A stretch of 64,000 nucleotides of DNA from assembly GCA_040753615.1 (NCBI GenBank), contig JBFMDO010000025.1, forward strand, positions 18,891 through 82,890, written 5' to 3'. The position numbers and the translations under genes were made by a program. The DNA is from Nitrospirota bacterium. Lineage in GTDB: Bacteria > Nitrospirota > Thermodesulfovibrionia > Thermodesulfovibrionales > SM23-35. Below the pieces are notes generated by a model, which was not told where the DNA came from, did not search any database, and saw nothing but the letters and a program-made list of their open reading frames with translations. Shown one piece after another: positions 9,429 to 18,432 of the stretch; the first letter of the stretch is position 1; the number at the start of each line of letters is the position of its first letter.

Positions 9429-11408
9429 TTATATCCCTAAGAGTAAGGCAAGACGGTAGGCTAATATTCCGCCTCCAAACGAAAGAACAAGCATAAACAT
9501 AAGCGAAAAGAAAAACCACCTTGTGTTTCCTATTTCCTGCCTCATCACAATCATGGTTGCTGCGCATGGTATAAAGAGCATTGAGACAACGAGGAATGAG
9601 ATCGCTGAGGCATGCGTCATCACTTCCTGCAGCATATTTCTCAAACCTTCCTCTCCAACGCCATAAAGCACCCCTAATGTTGCTATTGAATTCTCTTTGG
9701 CTACAAAACTTGCTAAGAGGGCTGTCATCATCTTCCAGTCAAGTCCCATTACTGAGCCAACTGGCTCGATAATGCGTCCTATCCATCCGAGTATGCTATC
9801 TTCTATTCTTCCTGATGGAATGTTTGCCATCAGCCATATCAATATAGAAAATCCGAGTATAACAGTCCCTGCCTTTTTCACGAATGCCTTTGTCCTGTTC
9901 CATACTACAATCCCTATAGTCATTGGATTTGGCTTGTGATATAAAGGGAGTTCCATTATAAAAGGCATAGGGCTTTTTTTAAGAAACCACTTGCTTATTA
10001 TTGTGCCGGAGACACCCAGTAATAGTAAATTCACAGCAACAAGCGACCATGTGATATACCCTGCCTTTTCGCCAAAGACTGCTGCTGATATTATTGTTAA
10101 AACAGCTAATCTTGCAGTACACGGAACAAAGGGTGAAAGAAATATTGTAAGGAGTCTTGCCCTGCCTGATTCCAGTATCCTCGCTCCAAGAACTGCAGGG
10201 ACATTGCATCCAAACCCGAGAAACATAGGAAGAAAGCTCCTTCCATGAAGACCGATTATATGCATAAATCTATCCATTACAAATGCTGCCCTTGCCATAT
10301 ATCCTACATCTTCAAGAAAAGCCATAGATGCAAAAAATATTATAAGTATCGGGAGAAAGGTGAGGACAGTCCCTGCGCCTCCTATAACACCGTCTATCAA
10401 AATCCCGCTGGCCCATGATGGCGCACTGGAAAGAAAAGGCTCTAACCACTTTGCAAAGGAGGTTATTATAGATTCCAACATTGTCTGGACAGGGGATCCT
10501 ATTTTGTATGTCAAAAGAAATACACATGCGAGAATACCGAGGAGAATAGGGATGCCAAAAACAGGTCGGGTAAGCACATGATCCAGCCTGTCTGTTATAA
10601 GAATCTGCCCTTTTTTGTGCTGAGAGACCGAAAGACGGATGATATCCTCAATCCAGTCATACCTGCCGTGAACAACAGCGAGGAGAGAGTCCTCATGCTT
10701 ATGCAGGAGTGATTGCACTTCATCCCATTTATCTTCAGGCAGGGCTTTTTTCACCATGCTTGAGACAGCAGTATCTCCCTCCATAAGTTTGGTTACAGCC
10801 CATCGGAGGAGATAAGGAGGAGAGATATGCGTTTCGAGGATATCCTTCAGATTGAGGAAAAGGTCTTTATGGTCTTCAAACACATCAGGTATCCTCGGAT
10901 TATATTCAAATTTCCCTTCTGCGAGAGAAATGACCTCAGAGACCAATTCTCTTACACCTTTATTTTTTGAAGCGACCATCGGGACAACAGGGATTCCGAG
11001 GGATTGTCTGAGAGAATCTACATCTATTTGTATCCCCTGATCTTTAGCCACATCTATCATATTAAGAGCCATTATGACAGGAGGCTTAAGAAGGAGGAAT
11101 TCTGACAGCAGATAAAGGCTTCTTTCGAGAGATGCAGCATTGACTATGAGAATAATAACATCAGGCTCCTCATTTATTATAAAATCCCTCGCTATTTTCT
11201 CTTCTTCTGAAAATGCAGTAAGGCTGTATGTCCCGGGCAGGTCAACAATCCTTATCTCAGTATCTCCTGAAATACATCTGCCCTCTTTTTTTTCTACAGT
11301 CTTTCCGGGCCAGTTTCCCACATGCTGGGATAGCCCTGTCAGGATATTAAAGACTGTTGACTTACCAACATTCGGCTGTCCGGCAAGCGCAACAAGCAGT
11401 TGTTTCAT
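9429..11408 (-). CDS. feoB: ferrous iron transporter FeoB
   Basis: N-terminal G-domain LAGQPNVGKSTVFNILTG and DLPGTYSL, followed by a polytopic membrane domain; 659 aa. Confidence 0.95.
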   Translation of the reverse strand: MKQLLVALAGQPNVGKSTVFNILTGLSQHVGNWPGKTVEKKEGRCISGDTEIRIVDLPGTYSLTAFSEEEKIARDFIINEEPDVIILIVNAASLERSLYLLSEFLLLKPPVIMALNMIDVAKDQGIQIDVDSLRQSLGIPVVPMVASKNKGVRELVSEVISLAEGKFEYNPRIPDVFEDHKDLFLNLKDILETHISPPYLLRWAVTKLMEGDTAVSSMVKKALPEDKWDEVQSLLHKHEDSLLAVVHGRYDWIEDIIRLSVSQHKKGQILITDRLDHVLTRPVFGIPILLGILACVFLLTYKIGSPVQTMLESIITSFAKWLEPFLSSAPSWASGILIDGVIGGAGTVLTFLPILIIFFASMAFLEDVGYMARAAFVMDRFMHIIGLHGRSFLPMFLGFGCNVPAVLGARILESGRARLLTIFLSPFVPCTARLAVLTIISAAVFGEKAGYITWSLVAVNLLLLGVSGTIISKWFLKKSPMPFIMELPLYHKPNPMTIGIVVWNRTKAFVKKAGTVILGFSILIWLMANIPSGRIEDSILGWIGRIIEPVGSVMGLDWKMMTALLASFVAKENSIATLGVLYGVGEEGLRNMLQEVMTHASAISFLVVSMLFIPCAATMIVMRQEIGNTRWFFFSLMFMLVLSFGGGILAYRLALLLGI

Positions 11409-11414
11409 TTGAAA

Positions 11415-11650
11415 ATACCTCTCGCTGTCATTGCGGACTTCGGCGTGAGATCAGTCGAACGCTTGTCCGCAATCTTTCTTCACACACCCCTATCCCCTCT
11501 CGAGAGGGGAATAAGGGGTGTGTGTCCCTCTCAAGAATGGGACAGGATTCCCGACCTGTCTGCGTGCGTACACACACAGGCAGGCAAGCGGGAATGACAT
11601 TTTCATTCCCCTTTATGCCACGAAAGCTTTCGGGGCATGTGTGTTTCATT
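11415..11650. repeat. block of palindromic MITE-like repeats filling the feoA-feoB spacer
   Basis: Hairpins GTCATTGCGGAC..GTCCGCAATC, CACACACCCCTATCCCCTCTCGAGAGGGGAATAAGGGGTGTGTG and GGGAATGACATTTTCATTCCC. CGAAAGCTTTCGG (11621-11633) recurs at 14119-14131. Confidence 0.7.
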
Positions 11651-11663
11651 TTTGTAAAAGGGT

Positions 11664-11924
11664 TTATGGGTTGCCCTGTGACAAAGAGATAATTATTATC
11701 TTTGATGCCTGTCCTCTTCCAATAGCAACCTTGGCGCCGTTGGTGGCAATTAGCAGGGGTCCCCCGCTGTTTCTAACCACTTTAATCTTTATGCCAGGAG
11801 CTATCCCCATTGCAGCAAGTCTGCTTATTAAACCTCGTCCTCCTGTGATTGAATGGATAATACCTTCTTGTCCTTCTCTAATTGCAAGTAGGGGGTTTAA
11901 CTCTCTCATCATATCTCTATCCAT
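11664..11924 (-). CDS. feoA: FeoA family protein
   Basis: 86-aa SH3-like FeoA pattern (..GQEGIIHSITGGRGLISRLAAMGIAPGIKIKVV..), upstream of feoB. Confidence 0.85.
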   Translation of the reverse strand: MDRDMMRELNPLLAIREGQEGIIHSITGGRGLISRLAAMGIAPGIKIKVVRNSGGPLLIATNGAKVAIGRGQASKIIIISLSQGNP

Positions 11925-11954
11925 AATAATCTTGTTTCCTCCAGAACTAAATAA

Positions 11955-12389
11955 TTATTTTAATCTTTTCTTCTTACAATTTTTGCAAAATCCTCTTATT
12001 TCGAGGTTATGGCTTGTTCCCTGAAATTCCTGTTTTTTGCAGATTTCTTCCTGAAGTCTTTCGAGGTCTTTGGAATAAAACTCTATAACGTGCCCACAGC
12101 CAATACAGGACATATGATCGTGATGTTCATTGCCATGGACGCTTTCATAAATAGTGCCATGTTCTGTTTTTTTGACCTTTTCTATAATGCCACATTCACA
12201 TAAAAGATTTAAAGTTCTGTAAACAGAAGCCCTCGAAGCCTTCATGCCTGTTTTCTTGACCTTTAAATATAAAGTCTCAGGATCAAAGTGTCCCCTGTAA
12301 GAAAGGACATTCTGAAGGATGGCTGCCCGTTCCTTAGTAAGCTTCTGTCCCTTGTCTTTAAGAAAAGTGCTGAATATTTTCTTTTCCAT
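11955..12389 (-). CDS. fur: Fur-family metalloregulator
   Basis: Winged-helix N-domain plus metal-site motifs HGNEHHDHMSCIGCGHVIEF and CKNC; upstream of feoA. Confidence 0.9.
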   Translation of the reverse strand: MEKKIFSTFLKDKGQKLTKERAAILQNVLSYRGHFDPETLYLKVKKTGMKASRASVYRTLNLLCECGIIEKVKKTEHGTIYESVHGNEHHDHMSCIGCGHVIEFYSKDLERLQEEICKKQEFQGTSHNLEIRGFCKNCKKKRLK

Positions 12390-12399
12390 TTCTGCGACT

Positions 12400-12443
12400 G
12401 ATTCTCAATCTCAATTTTATGCTAAGGTATAGTTATAAGTCAA
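12400..12443 (-). promoter_or_regulatory. candidate sigma70 promoter of fur-feoAB with a Fur-box-like operator
   Basis: On the minus strand: TTGACT (12443-12438), 17 nt, TAAAAT (12420-12415), then TGAGATTGAGAATCA (12414-12400). The last matches the 7-1-7 Fur box TGATAATnATTATCA at 10 of 14 positions. Confidence 0.35.
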
Positions 12444-12456
12444 TAGCTTTTTGCTT

Positions 12457-12480
12457 CCCCCCCCCCTTATTAAGGGGGGG
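12457..12480. repeat. homopolymer hairpin C10-TTATTAA-G7 in the divergent fur/truA spacer
   Basis: Read directly: cccccccccc ttattaa ggggggg. Confidence 0.6.
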
Positions 12481-12529
12481 TATTTGACTATGATTGCGGG
12501 AAATAAGACATAATAGTATATTTGGGGAT

Positions 12530-13297
12530 ATGAAAAAAATCAGGCTTCTTATTGAATATGACGGCACAAGCTATCAGGGCTGGCAGATACAAAAAAAGGG
12601 AGATACTATTCAAGGTATCCTCGAGGACAGGATACAAAAGATAACAGGACGGCATTCGAGGGTTATTGGCGCAAGCAGGACAGACGGAGGTGTACATGCA
12701 CTTGGACAGGTAGCTGCCTTCAGGACAGGGTCGCACCTTAAGCCTGAAATTATAAAAAGGGCATTAAATGCCTTGCTTCCTTATGATATCAGAATACTTG
12801 ATGCATCTGAAGTTGAAGATTCATTTCACCCAAGATATAGTGCTGTTAAAAAAACATATTTTTATATTATTGGAAATCAGAGAGAATCATCTGTGTTTTT
12901 ATACAGATACGCATGGTTTATCCAGCAGCCGCTTGAGATAAAATCAATTATTGAGGCAGCACAGATACTTATTGGAATGCATGATTTTTCTTGTTTCATG
13001 GGTACAGGAAGCAGTGTAAAAAATCCTGTAAGGGAAATCTTTTCTCTGAGTATAAAGAAGGTCAATAAAATTGATTTTATGACTAAAGGCATTAAGGGAA
13101 ATTTTATAAAGATAAATGTTGAGGCAAACGGTTTTCTCAGGCATATGGTTAGGAATATTGTAGGTACGCTGGTTGAGATTGGCAGGGGGAGGCTCGCTGT
13201 TCAGAAAATGAGCGAGATTCTAAAATCACAAGATAGGAGATGTGCAGGACCAACTGCCCCGGCAAATGGACTATTTCTGGAAAAGATTAATTATTAA
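12530..13297 (+). CDS. truA: tRNA pseudouridine(38-40) synthase TruA
   Basis: MKKIRLLIEYDGTSYQGWQIQ and GASRTDGGVHALGQV (catalytic Asp). ATG at 12530 preferred over the TTG at 12494. Confidence 0.9.
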   Translation: MKKIRLLIEYDGTSYQGWQIQKKGDTIQGILEDRIQKITGRHSRVIGASRTDGGVHALGQVAAFRTGSHLKPEIIKRALNALLPYDIRILDASEVEDSFHPRYSAVKKTYFYIIGNQRESSVFLYRYAWFIQQPLEIKSIIEAAQILIGMHDFSCFMGTGSSVKNPVREIFSLSIKKVNKIDFMTKGIKGNFIKINVEANGFLRHMVRNIVGTLVEIGRGRLAVQKMSEILKSQDRRCAGPTAPANGLFLEKINY

Positions 13298-13336
13298 TCT
13301 AACCCCCGGTTATTTATAAATTTTTATGATCAAATA

Positions 13337-13454
13337 GGGGATATAGTATTCTCGCTCATTCTCGGGCTATCGCCCTCCGAGGCTTTTGCCTCTTTATTTT
13401 GACATATTGTATTTGACTATCGGCAAAAGAAATCCGCTCCAATACTCTATCCCC
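13337..13454. mobile_element. MITE-like element, family B copy 1 (118 bp)
   Basis: Terminal inverted repeats GGGGATATAGTATT / AATACTCTATCCCC. Internal blocks CTCGCTCATTCTCG, CTCCGAGG and AAATCCGCTC are shared with 14088-14191 in the opposite orientation. Confidence 0.65.
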
Positions 13455-13504
13455 TGTTATTAATAATCTGGGATATAAATGCATATGCACCTGCCTTACC
13501 CGGG

Positions 13505-14050
13505 TTAAATACCGAATATCTTTAGCCACTCATCAAATTTTCTCAGTTTATCTTCCCCGAACTTTGAAATACCTTTTCTGACTCTTTCAAGAGGTTTTTC
13601 TTTTAATAAAAAATCAGAATCTTTTGAAAAGAATTTATCCGCAAAGCATATTATCTGTTCCTCAATAGATAGAGGAAGCATATCTCTTTTTGGAAGCGGC
13701 AGTTTTTTGATTCCAATTTCCTCAGCAGTAATTCCAACTCCAACGTGCCTTTCACATACAAGGGCATGTAAGGGATATCCCTCTTTTTCAAGAATCTCTC
13801 TCCCAAGATAACCATGACAGATATATGGTTTATGGCCATAACAGCCAATTCTCGGTTCATTAGTTAAAAATATCCCGATGTCATGGAGCATTGAAGCCTC
13901 TTCTATGAATTTAATATCAGGGTTAAGATGTTTAACCCTCTCCGCAATCTTCAATGCCTTCTCTGCCACCATCCTGCTGTGATGGACAAGGAAATAATAG
14001 GCTGTAGAATCGGTATCGTAATATCTGCACATTACTTTTAAGGGATACAT
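13505..14050 (-). CDS. HD-domain metal-dependent phosphohydrolase
   Basis: H...HD motif (SMLHDIGIF) and downstream His/Asp residues; 181 aa. Confidence 0.75.
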   Translation of the reverse strand: MYPLKVMCRYYDTDSTAYYFLVHHSRMVAEKALKIAERVKHLNPDIKFIEEASMLHDIGIFLTNEPRIGCYGHKPYICHGYLGREILEKEGYPLHALVCERHVGVGITAEEIGIKKLPLPKRDMLPLSIEEQIICFADKFFSKDSDFLLKEKPLERVRKGISKFGEDKLRKFDEWLKIFGI

Positions 14051-14087
14051 CTCCTAACCTATTTTATTCATAAATTTTTAAGATATA

Positions 14088-14191
14088 GACGGGACATAGT
14101 ATTAGAGCGGATTTATCCCGAAAGCTTTCGGGATACCTCGGAGTCCCGACTTTATGTCGGGACGAGAATGAGCGAAAATACATGTCCCGTC
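14088..14191. mobile_element. MITE-like element, family B copy 2 (104 bp, inverted relative to copy 1)
   Basis: Terminal inverted repeats GACGGGACATAGTATT / AATACATGTCCCGTC. Contains GAGCGGATTT, CCTCGGAG and CGAGAATGAGCGA, the reverse complements of the copy-1 blocks. Confidence 0.65.
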
Positions 14192-14299
14192 TTGATAAAC
14201 ATGGTTTATGAATAATTTGGACTAATATAACATTACCCCACTTTTAAACTGAAAAACAAGACATCAGGTTTTACATCTAATATTATTCATTACAAAATA

Positions 14300-14329
14300 C
14301 TTGACAAAAGTCTACTCAATATTTATTAT
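14300..14329 (+). promoter_or_regulatory. sigma70 promoter overlapped by an HspR operator (HAIR-like inverted repeat)
   Basis: TTGACA (14301-14306), 17 nt, TATTAT (14324-14329). CTTGACA-N7-ACTCAAT (14300-14320) compares with HAIR CTTGAGT-N7-ACTCAAG. Lies 24 nt upstream of dnaJ. Confidence 0.6.
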
Positions 14330-14352
14330 ATGAATAATAAAAGGAGAGAAAC

Positions 14353-15435
14353 ATGCCTGCTGTTAAGGATTACTATGAGATTCTTGGAGTAAACAAAAAT
14401 GCCTCTCAGGATGAGATAAAAAAGGCATACAGGAAACTTGCGCGTAAATATCACCCTGACTTGAATCCTGCTGATAAGACAGCAGAGCAGAAGTTTAAAG
14501 AGATCAACGAGGCATATGATGTCTTAAGTGACCCGAAAAAGAAGGCTGAGTACGACCAGTTTGGCAGATCTCCATTTGGTCCTGGTGGACCTGGTTTTGA
14601 GGGATTCAGGACTCATGATTTCAGGGAAACGGCTGATTTTGGGTTCGGTGATTTCTTCTCAGACCTTTTTGGAGCGAGGACAAGGGCAGAGGCTGTTGCT
14701 AAAGGACCAGATATGCTTATGGGTCTTGAACTTTCGCTCGAAGAGGCTTTCTCTGGTGTAACAAAACCAATAACATTTAACAGGGAAATTATTTGCAGGG
14801 CATGTAATGGTTCAGGTGGTGAGTCATTTCAGACATGCGATGTTTGTAAAGGCAGCGGCAGTATTACTACCTCAAAAGGATTTTTCAAGATGTCCCAACC
14901 CTGCACAGCATGTGGAGGTGCGGGAAGAAAGATAACAAAGATATGTACTGCATGCGGTGGGAGAGGGAAAAATTATCAGACAGAAACAATTAAGGTGAAA
15001 ATACCAAAGGGTGCGGATACAGGTTCGAGGGTTAAGGTGAAAGGCATGGGTGGTGCTGGTGTAAATGGGGGTCCATCGGGAGATTTATATATTGAGATTA
15101 CTGTAAGACCCCATCCCATTTTTAAAAGAAAGGACGACGATATTTATCTTGATCTGCCTGTGACATTTGGCGAGGCTGCACTCGGAGCAAAGATTGATGT
15201 CCCTACTATAGATGGCACATCAGTAATGACACTTCCAGCAGGTACGCAGGGCGGACAGAGGTTTAAACTTTCAGGAAAGGGAATGCCTTCGCCAAAGACA
15301 GGCGTAAGGGGTAATCAATATGTTGATATAAAGATAGTTGTACCAAAAGATATAGATAACAAGGGTAAAGAGGCAATAAAACAGATTGATTCTTTATATA
15401 AAGGAGATCCGAGGAAGGGGTTGTTTAGAAGATAA
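14353..15435 (+). CDS. dnaJ: type I DnaJ co-chaperone
   Basis: J-domain with HPD (KYHPDLNP), a G/F-rich region and four CxxCxGxG zinc motifs. Confidence 0.9.
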   Translation: MPAVKDYYEILGVNKNASQDEIKKAYRKLARKYHPDLNPADKTAEQKFKEINEAYDVLSDPKKKAEYDQFGRSPFGPGGPGFEGFRTHDFRETADFGFGDFFSDLFGARTRAEAVAKGPDMLMGLELSLEEAFSGVTKPITFNREIICRACNGSGGESFQTCDVCKGSGSITTSKGFFKMSQPCTACGGAGRKITKICTACGGRGKNYQTETIKVKIPKGADTGSRVKVKGMGGAGVNGGPSGDLYIEITVRPHPIFKRKDDDIYLDLPVTFGEAALGAKIDVPTIDGTSVMTLPAGTQGGQRFKLSGKGMPSPKTGVRGNQYVDIKIVVPKDIDNKGKEAIKQIDSLYKGDPRKGLFRR

Positions 15436-15782
15436 TGGAATCAAGGGATAAGAAACAACCAGTATTTGTGATTAGTGTAGTAGCAAAGATGCTCGGTGTT
15501 CATCCGCAGACTCTGAGACTATATGAAAAGGAAGGACTTATTACTCCAAAGCGTACAAAAAGGGCAAGGCTTTATTCACAAGAGGATGTTGATAAATTAG
15601 CCATGATTCTTAGGCTGACAAGAGAACTCGGGGTTAACAGATCAGGCGTTGAGATAATTCTGAGGATGAGACAAAGGATAGAGGTTTTGCAGAGAGAGGT
15701 TGAGGAGATGATGGATCTTCTTGAGGATGATATAAGAAGGGATTTTATTGAAAAGTTTAAAAAGATTTTTTATGAGGAATGA
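15435..15782 (+). CDS. hspR: MerR-family heat-shock repressor, HspR-like
   Basis: MerR HTH VFVISVVAKMLGVHPQTLRLYEKEGLITPKR. Located between dnaJ and clpB. HAIR-like site upstream of the operon. Confidence 0.75.
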   Translation: MESRDKKQPVFVISVVAKMLGVHPQTLRLYEKEGLITPKRTKRARLYSQEDVDKLAMILRLTRELGVNRSGVEIILRMRQRIEVLQREVEEMMDLLEDDIRRDFIEKFKKIFYEE

Positions 15783-15794
15783 GAGGGGTTTTAA

Positions 15795-18431
15795 ATGGAT
15801 AAATTTACAATAAAAAGCCAGGAGGCAATACAGGGGGCACAGAGGCTTGCAGAAAGAAAAGGCAATCAGCAGCTTGATGCTGAACATCTGCTCTGGTCAC
15901 TGCTTGAGGATGAAGAAGGCGTTGCCTCGCAAATCCTGAAAAGGATTGGCATTGATACAGCCTTATTACAAAAGGATATTGAGGAGGCAATAGACAGATT
16001 CCCAAAGGTGATTGGCGCAACTCCTTTAGGACAGATTTATATATCACCGAGGTTAAAAGAGACATTTGAAAATGCCGCAAAAGAGGCAGAACACCTGAAC
16101 GATGAATATATAAGTGTCGAACATCTGCTCATGGCACTTATATCAATAGGCGGGCAGTGTTCTGATTTATTAAAAAGGTATGGTGCAACTGCTGACAAGG
16201 TTCTTTCAGCAATGAGAGAAATAAGAGGCGCACAGCGTGTTACAGACCCTACGCCTGAAGAAAAATATCAAGCCCTTAAAAAGTATAGTCGTGATTTGAC
16301 TGAGCTGGCAACAAAAGGAAAGCTTGACCCTGTTATCGGGCGAGATGATGAGATAAGGAGGATTATTCAGGTTTTATCGAGAAGGACAAAAAATAATCCT
16401 GTGCTTATTGGCGAGCCTGGAGTCGGGAAAACCGCTATTGCAGAAGGGCTTGCTCAGAGGATAGTTGCTGGCGACGTGCCTGAGACGCTTAAAGGCAAAA
16501 AAGTTGTTGCCCTCGATATGGGTGCAATTGTTGCAGGCTCAAAATTCAGGGGAGAGTTTGAGGAAAGACTGAAGGCAGTTCTTAAAGACATAGAACAGTC
16601 AGAGGGCAAGGTCATATTATTTATTGATGAACTTCATACCCTCGTTGGGGCTGGTGCGGCAGAAGGGGCGATTGATGCATCAAATATGCTTAAACCTGCC
16701 CTCGCAAGAGGAGACCTTAGATGTGTTGGTGCAACTACTATTGATGAATACAGAAAGCACATAGAAAAAGACCCTGCATTTGAAAGGAGATTCCAGCCCG
16801 TGCTTATTAAAGAACCGAGTGTTGAGGATACAATATCAATCCTGCGTGGATTAAAAGAGAGATACGAGGTTCACCATGGTGTAAAGATTAAAGATTCTGC
16901 CTTGATTTCTGCTGCAGTGCTTTCAAGCAGATATATAACAGACAGGTTTCTCCCTGATAAGGCGATTGACCTTATTGATGAGGCTGCATCCAAACTCAGG
17001 ATGGAGATAGACAGTATGCCTGTAGAGCTTGATGAGATCGAGAGAAAGCTTCGTCAGTTCGAGATAGAAAAACAGGCGGTAATGAGAGAGGATACAAAGG
17101 ATTCTCAGGAAAAGCTCGAAAAAATAAAGAAGGAAATGGCTGATCTTCAGTCGAGACGCGATGAATTAAGGGCACAGTGGATTAGCGAGAAAGAGGTTAT
17201 CGCAAAAATTCGGGAATATAAAGAGCAGATAGAAAAGACAAAGATAGAATCAGAAAGGGCAGAGCGTGAGGGAGACCTTACAAAGGCTGCTGAACTCAGA
17301 TACGGAAAATTGCTCGATCTGCAGAAGTCCCTTGAAGAAGAAAACAAAAGACTTATTAAAACACAGGAAAAGAGGAAGATGCTAAAAGAAGAGGTTGACG
17401 AAGAGGATGTTGCAGAGGTTGTCTCAAAGTGGACAGGGATACCTGTAAGCAGAATGCTCGAAGGAGAGGTTCAGAAACTGCTTCATATGGATGAACGCCT
17501 TAAACAGAGGGTTGTTGGCCAGGATGAAGCTGTTGAGGCAGTATCAAATGCAGTTAGAAGGGCGCGTGCAGGCATTCAGGACCCGAACAGACCTCTCGGT
17601 TCATTTATATTTCTCGGTCCAACAGGCGTTGGCAAGACAGAGCTTGCAAAGGCACTTGCTGAATTTCTGTTTGACGATGAAAATGCACTGATCAGAATAG
17701 ACATGTCAGAATATCAGGAAAGACATACAGTCTCAAGGCTTATTGGAGCGCCCCCCGGCTACGTTGGATACGAGGAAGGAGGCCAGCTCACAGAGGCTGT
17801 CAGGAGAAAGCCTTATTCTGTAATCCTTTTTGATGAAATCGAAAAGGCTCATCCAGAGGTGTTCAACCTTCTTTTACAGTTACTCGATGACGGAAGATTA
17901 ACAGACAGCCACGGAAGGACAGTAGATTTCAGAAATGCGGTAGTGATTATGACATCTAATATTGGCAGTGTTCATATACAGGAGATGCTTGAGGAAAGGG
18001 CAAAAAAACCAGGTGCATACTGGATCAAGAGCAATGCTGATTTAAAGGAAAAGATTATGGGAGACCTGAAGGCATTTTTCAGACCCGAGTTTCTGAATAG
18101 GGTTGATGAGATACTCATATTTAATCCCCTCAGCAGAGAACTCCTGAAACAGATTGTGGAGATACAGGTAAACAGGATGAAGAAATTCATAAAGGATAAA
18201 AATGTTGACATAAGGCTTACAGAGCGCGCCAGAGAATATTTTGCAGAAATTGGTTTCGACCCTGTTTATGGAGCAAGACCATTGAAGAGGGCATTGCAGA
18301 GGGAGATATTAAATCCCCTCGCCTTAAAAATCCTCAACAGGACATTTAAAGAGGGAGATACAGTAGAGGTTGATTTTGAGGGTGATAAGATTTTGTTCGC
18401 AAGAGAGGTTGCTGCTGAGATAGAGGCATAG
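15795..18431 (+). CDS. clpB: ClpB disaggregase
   Basis: Clp N-domain, two AAA+ modules ([16 protein letters not shown]) and a long coiled-coil middle domain; 878 aa. Confidence 0.95.
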   Translation: MDKFTIKSQEAIQGAQRLAERKGNQQLDAEHLLWSLLEDEEGVASQILKRIGIDTALLQKDIEEAIDRFPKVIGATPLGQIYISPRLKETFENAAKEAEHLNDEYISVEHLLMALISIGGQCSDLLKRYGATADKVLSAMREIRGAQRVTDPTPEEKYQALKKYSRDLTELATKGKLDPVIGRDDEIRRIIQVLSRRTKNNPVLIGEPGVGKTAIAEGLAQRIVAGDVPETLKGKKVVALDMGAIVAGSKFRGEFEERLKAVLKDIEQSEGKVILFIDELHTLVGAGAAEGAIDASNMLKPALARGDLRCVGATTIDEYRKHIEKDPAFERRFQPVLIKEPSVEDTISILRGLKERYEVHHGVKIKDSALISAAVLSSRYITDRFLPDKAIDLIDEAASKLRMEIDSMPVELDEIERKLRQFEIEKQAVMREDTKDSQEKLEKIKKEMADLQSRRDELRAQWISEKEVIAKIREYKEQIEKTKIESERAEREGDLTKAAELRYGKLLDLQKSLEEENKRLIKTQEKRKMLKEEVDEEDVAEVVSKWTGIPVSRMLEGEVQKLLHMDERLKQRVVGQDEAVEAVSNAVRRARAGIQDPNRPLGSFIFLGPTGVGKTELAKALAEFLFDDENALIRIDMSEYQERHTVSRLIGAPPGYVGYEEGGQLTEAVRRKPYSVILFDEIEKAHPEVFNLLLQLLDDGRLTDSHGRTVDFRNAVVIMTSNIGSVHIQEMLEERAKKPGAYWIKSNADLKEKIMGDLKAFFRPEFLNRVDEILIFNPLSRELLKQIVEIQVNRMKKFIKDKNVDIRLTERAREYFAEIGFDPVYGARPLKRALQREILNPLALKILNRTFKEGDTVEVDFEGDKILFAREVAAEIEA

Positions 18432-18432
18432 T

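Noticed and set aside
11357-12024. Cluster of overlapping ORFs (11357-11692, 11400-11597, 11428-11649, 11518-12024)
   Set aside because: They are translations of the palindromic repeat block and of the antisense strands of feoA and fur. Typical repeat-derived pseudo-peptides.
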